64,000 nucleotides of DNA from an uncultured Gammaproteobacteria bacterium (GTDB lineage Bacteria; Patescibacteriota; Patescibacteriia; UBA9934), in contig CAYNYL010000003.1 of the NCBI GenBank assembly GCA_964401485.1, positions 18,365 to 82,364 of the forward strand, written 5' to 3'. Under the pieces are notes generated by a model. That model was not told the DNA's origin. It saw only the letters and a program-made list of their open reading frames with translations, and made no database searches. Positions within the stretch are counted from its first letter, which is position 1. Each line of letters starts with the position of its first letter. Position numbers and translations under genes: made by a program. This document shows positions 59,868-64,000 of this stretch, piece after piece.

Positions 59868-61973
59868 ATGAAAGAGTACGTATTACAGCCAAGCGCTCCA
59901 AAGAACCTAAAGATTGATTATGAGCGGGAGCTCAACGCTGAGCAATTTGCCGTTGTGCGAGACGGGGACGGAATGGCTCTTGTTCTTGCTGGGGCGGGGT
60001 CGGGGAAGACGAGGACAATTGTCTACCGAGTTGCCTGGCTTCTCGAGCACGGGGTAGCGCCAAGCGAAATCCTGCTTTTGACGTTTACGAACCGTGCAGC
60101 GCACGAAATGGTTGAGCGGGTTGAAGCGCTTCTTGGGTTTTATCCGGAAGGGCTTTGGGCGGGAACATACCATTCGATCGCAAATCGTCTCCTTCGACGG
60201 TATGCCGACGCGATTGGGTTTCAATCGAATTTTTCGATTCTTGACCAAGAGGATGCTCGGGACTTGATTGCGATGTGCGTAAAAGAATGTGGCGTTGATA
60301 CGACGGGAAAGCGATTCCCGAAATCGACCGTACTTCAATCGATCATTTCCTATTCGCGCAATAGTCGCGCGGGGATCTCGGATACGCTTGAGAAAATGCA
60401 TCCGAAATTCCTTCCGATTCGAAGTGAAATCGAACGGGTGGCGGATCGGTATCGCGACCAAAAGCGTCTCCAAAACGCGATGGATTTTGACGACCTTCTC
60501 GTCCTTCTTCTTGAGCTCTTAACAACAAATCCTGGAATCGCGGAGGTGCTTTCAACGGGATTTCGCTATATTCTCGTCGATGAGTTCCAGGATACGAATA
60601 GCATTCAGGCGGATATCGTAAAGATTTTGGCGCGGGTCCATGAAAATCTTCTCGTGGTTGGCGATGATGCTCAAAGCATCTATTCATTCCGAGCGGCGGA
60701 TATTGCGAATATCCTTGATTTTCCAAAACAGTACGAGCATGTGGCCGTTTATCGTCTTACGATGAATTACCGTTCGACTCCGCAGATTCTTTCGATTGCT
60801 AACTCGGTTATTGCAAATAATACGAAGCAGTTTGAAAAAGAGTTACAATCTATGGCTGGGGGTGGGGCAAAGCCTGAGATGATCCCGACCTCAAGTAGTC
60901 GACAAGAGGCGGAGTTTATTGCGCAAAAGATTTTGGATCTTCGTAACGGCGGGGTTGAGTTAAACGAGATTGCCGTTCTTTTCCGCGCGACCTACCATTC
61001 ACAATCACTCGAATTTGAACTCCTAAAGCGCGACATCCCGTACGATTATCGAGGCGGGCTTCGTTTCTTTGAGCGGTCGCATATTAAAGACGCGGTGGCG
61101 CATGTTCGTATCGCGGAGAACATGAAGGATTTGACCGCCTGGTCGCGTATTCTTCGTATCCACCCTGGGCTCGGGCTTGCTGGCTCGGTAAAGATTGCCG
61201 AAGAGGCATCTCGTTACGATTCGCTTCCAGAGTTTTTTGCGCTCTACGCCCCGAAGGGAAAGCGTGCACAGGCGGGTTTTGCGGGCGCAAAACGGATTTG
61301 CGAGAAAATGCTTCTCGCGGGCGGGACGCCAAGCGAGCGAATTCGGGCGATCGCTTCAAGCGACGATTACCGCGCCTACCTTGAAATGACCTTCCCGAAT
61401 TTCGAGGAGCGAATCGAGGATATCGAGCAATTCGCCCTTTTTGCGGAACAATTTACCGATGCCGAAACATTCCTTGCGACGATCTCGCTTACCGATGAAT
61501 GGGGTGCCGGGTCGCAAAAGCCGGCCTTTGAAGAGGCGCGTGTCGTTCTTTCGACCATCCACCAGGCGAAGGGTCTCGAGTGGCGGGCAGTCTTTGTTAT
61601 GCATCTTGCCGAGGGGATGTTCCCACACTCACGCGCCTACGAAGACGAAGCGCAGATGGAGGAGGAGCGTCGACTCTTTTACGTCGCGGTGACGCGCGCT
61701 CGCGAGAATCTCTATTTAAGTTATCCGGTCACGGCGGGAATGGATCGTGTCGAAATTTGTCAGCCGTCGACGTTTCTCGAAGAGATTCCTTCGCGCCAGA
61801 TTGAAGAAGTTCGGCTTAAATCGGCGCCAAGTTACCAATCGCCGTATAAATCCTTCCACAAGCCAACAACCGATTCTTGGGAGGAGCCTGTGATCGTCCT
61901 AAATGAATTAGGTGATAAAATGGAAGAGCGCCCTATGCCTAAATCATTTTTACGGGGCGGTGACGATTTCTAA
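59868..61973 (+). CDS. UvrD/PcrA-family ATP-dependent DNA helicase
   Basis: AGAGSGKT, LTFTNRAA, VDEFQDTN, VGDDAQSIYSFR, NYRS, STIHQAKGLE, EERRLFYVAVTRA. Confidence 0.96.
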   Translation: MKEYVLQPSAPKNLKIDYERELNAEQFAVVRDGDGMALVLAGAGSGKTRTIVYRVAWLLEHGVAPSEILLLTFTNRAAHEMVERVEALLGFYPEGLWAGTYHSIANRLLRRYADAIGFQSNFSILDQEDARDLIAMCVKECGVDTTGKRFPKSTVLQSIISYSRNSRAGISDTLEKMHPKFLPIRSEIERVADRYRDQKRLQNAMDFDDLLVLLLELLTTNPGIAEVLSTGFRYILVDEFQDTNSIQADIVKILARVHENLLVVGDDAQSIYSFRAADIANILDFPKQYEHVAVYRLTMNYRSTPQILSIANSVIANNTKQFEKELQSMAGGGAKPEMIPTSSSRQEAEFIAQKILDLRNGGVELNEIAVLFRATYHSQSLEFELLKRDIPYDYRGGLRFFERSHIKDAVAHVRIAENMKDLTAWSRILRIHPGLGLAGSVKIAEEASRYDSLPEFFALYAPKGKRAQAGFAGAKRICEKMLLAGGTPSERIRAIASSDDYRAYLEMTFPNFEERIEDIEQFALFAEQFTDAETFLATISLTDEWGAGSQKPAFEEARVVLSTIHQAKGLEWRAVFVMHLAEGMFPHSRAYEDEAQMEEERRLFYVAVTRARENLYLSYPVTAGMDRVEICQPSTFLEEIPSRQIEEVRLKSAPSYQSPYKSFHKPTTDSWEEPVIVLNELGDKMEERPMPKSFLRGGDDF

Positions 61974-61975
61974 CT

Positions 61976-62572
61976 ATGCGCTATATTACAAGCCATCGAC
62001 AGGTAAAGCGTGCACGGTTTCAAACATATGCAGTGCTTAGTATTGTCGTTTCAGCGTTCGCGATCGTTGTCGTAACGGCACTGCTCTTTAAAAGTTTGCG
62101 AGGCGGGGATAGCGCGGACGCGATTGTGGCGGACCCGGCGGACGAGACCGAGAACGAAGTCGCGACGACGGTGGCGGTGGCGGAAGAGCCTGTTCCCGAG
62201 GTCGTCGTGGCGGAAAAACCCTTCGAAGAAATTACGCTTGGTCCGGCGCCGAGCTATGACGGATTTTCGGGAATTGCACGACGCGGGAGGGAAGGGGATC
62301 TTTATACGCACGTCATTGTTGCGTCCCTTCCTCCAATCGATTCTGCCACGAGCTACTATGAGGCTTGGCTTGTAAAGCCGGGTGTGACCGGATTTTTATC
62401 GGCGGGCGATTTTTTTCCAAGGCAGGATGGAAAATGGGGTCTTCTTTTTGAACAAACGGTTGCGGAGGCTCCGATTGATATTGATGAGTATACGAATGTC
62501 ATCGTGACGATTGAGGCGCGAGACGAGAATCCGGCACCGTCCCCAACACACGTCCTTCGGGGGAGCTTCTAA
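61976..62572 (+). CDS. Membrane-anchored protein, anti-sigma (RskA C-terminal)-like domain
   Basis: TM helix, LPP...YYEAWLV, VTIE...P.PS..VLRG. Confidence 0.55.
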   Translation: MRYITSHRQVKRARFQTYAVLSIVVSAFAIVVVTALLFKSLRGGDSADAIVADPADETENEVATTVAVAEEPVPEVVVAEKPFEEITLGPAPSYDGFSGIARRGREGDLYTHVIVASLPPIDSATSYYEAWLVKPGVTGFLSAGDFFPRQDGKWGLLFEQTVAEAPIDIDEYTNVIVTIEARDENPAPSPTHVLRGSF

Positions 62573-62624
62573 AACAAAACGCGGGAACATCTTTCGATGT
62601 CCCCGCAGACGCCTGCCCCGGCTT

Positions 62625-62900
62625 CTATTCGCGCCGGTAGCGGACGTACTCCGCATCCGCGAGTCTGTCATCCGGCACGAATCTCGTTCCGGTGATGTGG
62701 TTCATGGCATCGAGTACGTCATTGATCTCGACGTTGGCCTCGAGTTTCAGCTTGTCGTCGTGACCGTGCCAGAGCACGGTGTCGTAGGTGCCGGCTTCGT
62801 TTCGCCGACTCATCGACACGAGATTGCGTTTCGGTTCGAATGTGATCAACCGGACGTTGGTCAGCCCCTCCGCCATGGTTTCTAGCAACTCGTCGAGCAT
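62625..62900 (-). CDS. Small hypothetical protein
   Basis: 91 aa with AGGGGG SD and upstream promoter. Confidence 0.55.
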   Translation of the reverse strand: MLDELLETMAEGLTNVRLITFEPKRNLVSMSRRNEAGTYDTVLWHGHDDKLKLEANVEINDVLDAMNHITGTRFVPDDRLADAEYVRYRRE

Positions 62901-62904
62901 CTAG

Positions 62905-64000
<1,096 letters not shown>

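Overview
Bacterial chromosomal segment with a compact, housekeeping-rich gene set. SD-less starts and large orphan proteins suggest a Patescibacteria/CPR genome, but this is inference. Content: M16 peptidase, divergent tpiA, rpmG, RND transporter, RNA-modification enzymes, DEAD helicase, ABC exporter, two-component system, csoR-copA copper operon, four tRNAs, msrA, typA, complete F1Fo atp operon, mscL, nrdAB, rnhB, HU, LCP protein, an IS200-type element, rpmB, UvrD/PcrA and tgt. The standout is a complete chromosomal diversity-generating retroelement (DGR) at about 9.6-12.2 kb. A 207-aa target gene ends in a 106-bp variable region (10290-10395) that differs from a template repeat (10724-10829) at 18 positions, 17 of them template adenines. 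An Avd gene and a DGR-type reverse transcriptase follow. The layout is unusual: avd is inverted, its start codon is back-to-back with the RT start (CAT|ATG, 0 bp gap), it ends 6 bp from the TR, and it has a G8/C8 tract near its 5' end. Other points of interest: a Na+-type c-ring signature, a surface protein with an FBA-like lectin domain, an ATP-cone-nuclease fusion, a HicA-like fusion, a long Pro-rich tail linker in NrdA, and solo orphan genes sharing a TTGACTTTTT promoter with the DGR target. All calls are by eye; no searches were run.
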